DNA of 64,000 nt, from contig OZ249451.1 of NCBI GenBank assembly GCA_965235115.1, positions 1,550,001 through 1,614,000 of the forward strand, read 5' to 3'. A model generated the notes under the pieces. That model searched no databases. It saw only the letters and a list, made by a program, of their open reading frames with translations, and was not told the DNA's origin. The position numbers and the translations under genes are program-made. Numbering within the stretch: position 1 is the stretch's first letter; each line of letters begins with the position of its first letter. Of this stretch, positions 62,867 through 64,000 are shown piece by piece. This stretch comes from Laetmonice hystrix. Taxonomy: Eukaryota.

Positions 62867-64000
62867 ACATAACCAGCGTCTACCCCGCTCCGATTTCACC
62901 CTTTGTGCGCCCCGCCGTCTCCGCCCGTCCTGACCGTTCTCTGACCACCGCTTGACCGTCACCTTTGTCTGTCTGACAGTCTCTGGTGGTCACGGCGAGC
63001 AGAGATAGAACTTTAAACAATGTCGTCACGGAAACGAGTTAATCTGTAAACAATAGACGCCACCCAGACGTCCTGACGACACACCAAGACGCTGGGAGCA
63101 GACGAGACGCTAATTACACGGCGTTCCTAACGATCTGCGCCTCGTTAACGCATATCATCACAATAGCGCCCTCTAGGGACGGGTTTCTGTACTTCACGTG
63201 AAATGTCTTCACAATACAGTAAGGGTTATCATTAGAACCCTCAACAGTAACGCTTTCACTCTGCCAGGTTCCGGGACCCAGTCTGGGGACCCCCTCCCTA
63301 CTCTTCCCAACCCCTGCCTACTCCAGCATCACGTTAACAATTCAATCGACCACCAACAGTCATCAATAGAACCACCAGGCTGTGGATAATCACACTCTCC
63401 AACTGTTCTGTACAAATTATAAACGATACATACGGCTCCTCAACCACCATGACTTAGATATTGTGTGAGAGACTGGCGGGTTATAGCTAGCGTTTTGTAC
63501 ATATGCCAATCGTTCTGAAAACGTTCCAGACACTCGAAACCCCGAAACACAACCACCTGGTCGGGGTTCGAGATCAAGGTTTAACCTTTTGCCTCCAGGG
63601 GGCGGTAGTGCATAGTGTAACCTGAGCCAACTGTTGTGGTCAGCATTCTGATCTCTGGCCTGGACAATTACCCAGAACATGTTGGGTCACAATGACAAAT
63701 CAGACCTATCATCTTTGGAGCATTCTCGCCGCTGGCTTATTGAAAACCTTCTTATTGCTCAGTGAAAGGCAAACTGGTCTGATATAGAGACCCTCAGTGT
63801 AGGCCTTGGTCAATAGCAGGCATTTCCTAATTAGTACCTGCCACTTTATGTAGGGGCGCAGGGACATTCTTCATGACTTCAAATAGGCTAATATTATTTC
63901 GGGATAATCCTCGCTATCTAGGCGGTTACCTCTTTCTTTCCCGTTCTGAACGGTTCTGATTGAGATATGCGAACATTTTTGCCCCCCCCCGCCCCGAGTA

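Noticed and set aside
62370-62962. ORFs of 166 and 185 aa
   Set aside because: They span the N gap.

Overview
Eukaryotic (bilaterian invertebrate-like; lineage not determinable here) genomic DNA. The window is dominated by one minus-strand PAR/CES-2-type bZIP transcription-factor gene. It is best modelled as two coding exons (52863-52575 and 2305-2004, phase-1 GT-AG junction, about 196 aa) split by an intron of about 50.3 kb, with a TATA/CCAAT/GC-box promoter and a short uORF. The intron holds an apparently intact 4.1-kb Kolobok-superfamily DNA transposon (40738-44834: TTAA target duplication, short TIRs, DDE transposase, and a divergently transcribed Cys-rich partner with a P2X7-ballast/KolX-like C-terminus). 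About 30 unrelated minisatellite arrays cover roughly a fifth of the window. Upstream of the gene are an 851-bp TA-flanked MITE, possible first exons of a plus-strand neighbour, and a 415-N gap. bZIP (D-box/CRE), E-box, CTCF-like and RFX-like motifs recur. Most ORFs in the supplied track are artefacts of tandem repeats or GC-rich DNA. No rRNA, tRNA or CRISPR array was found.
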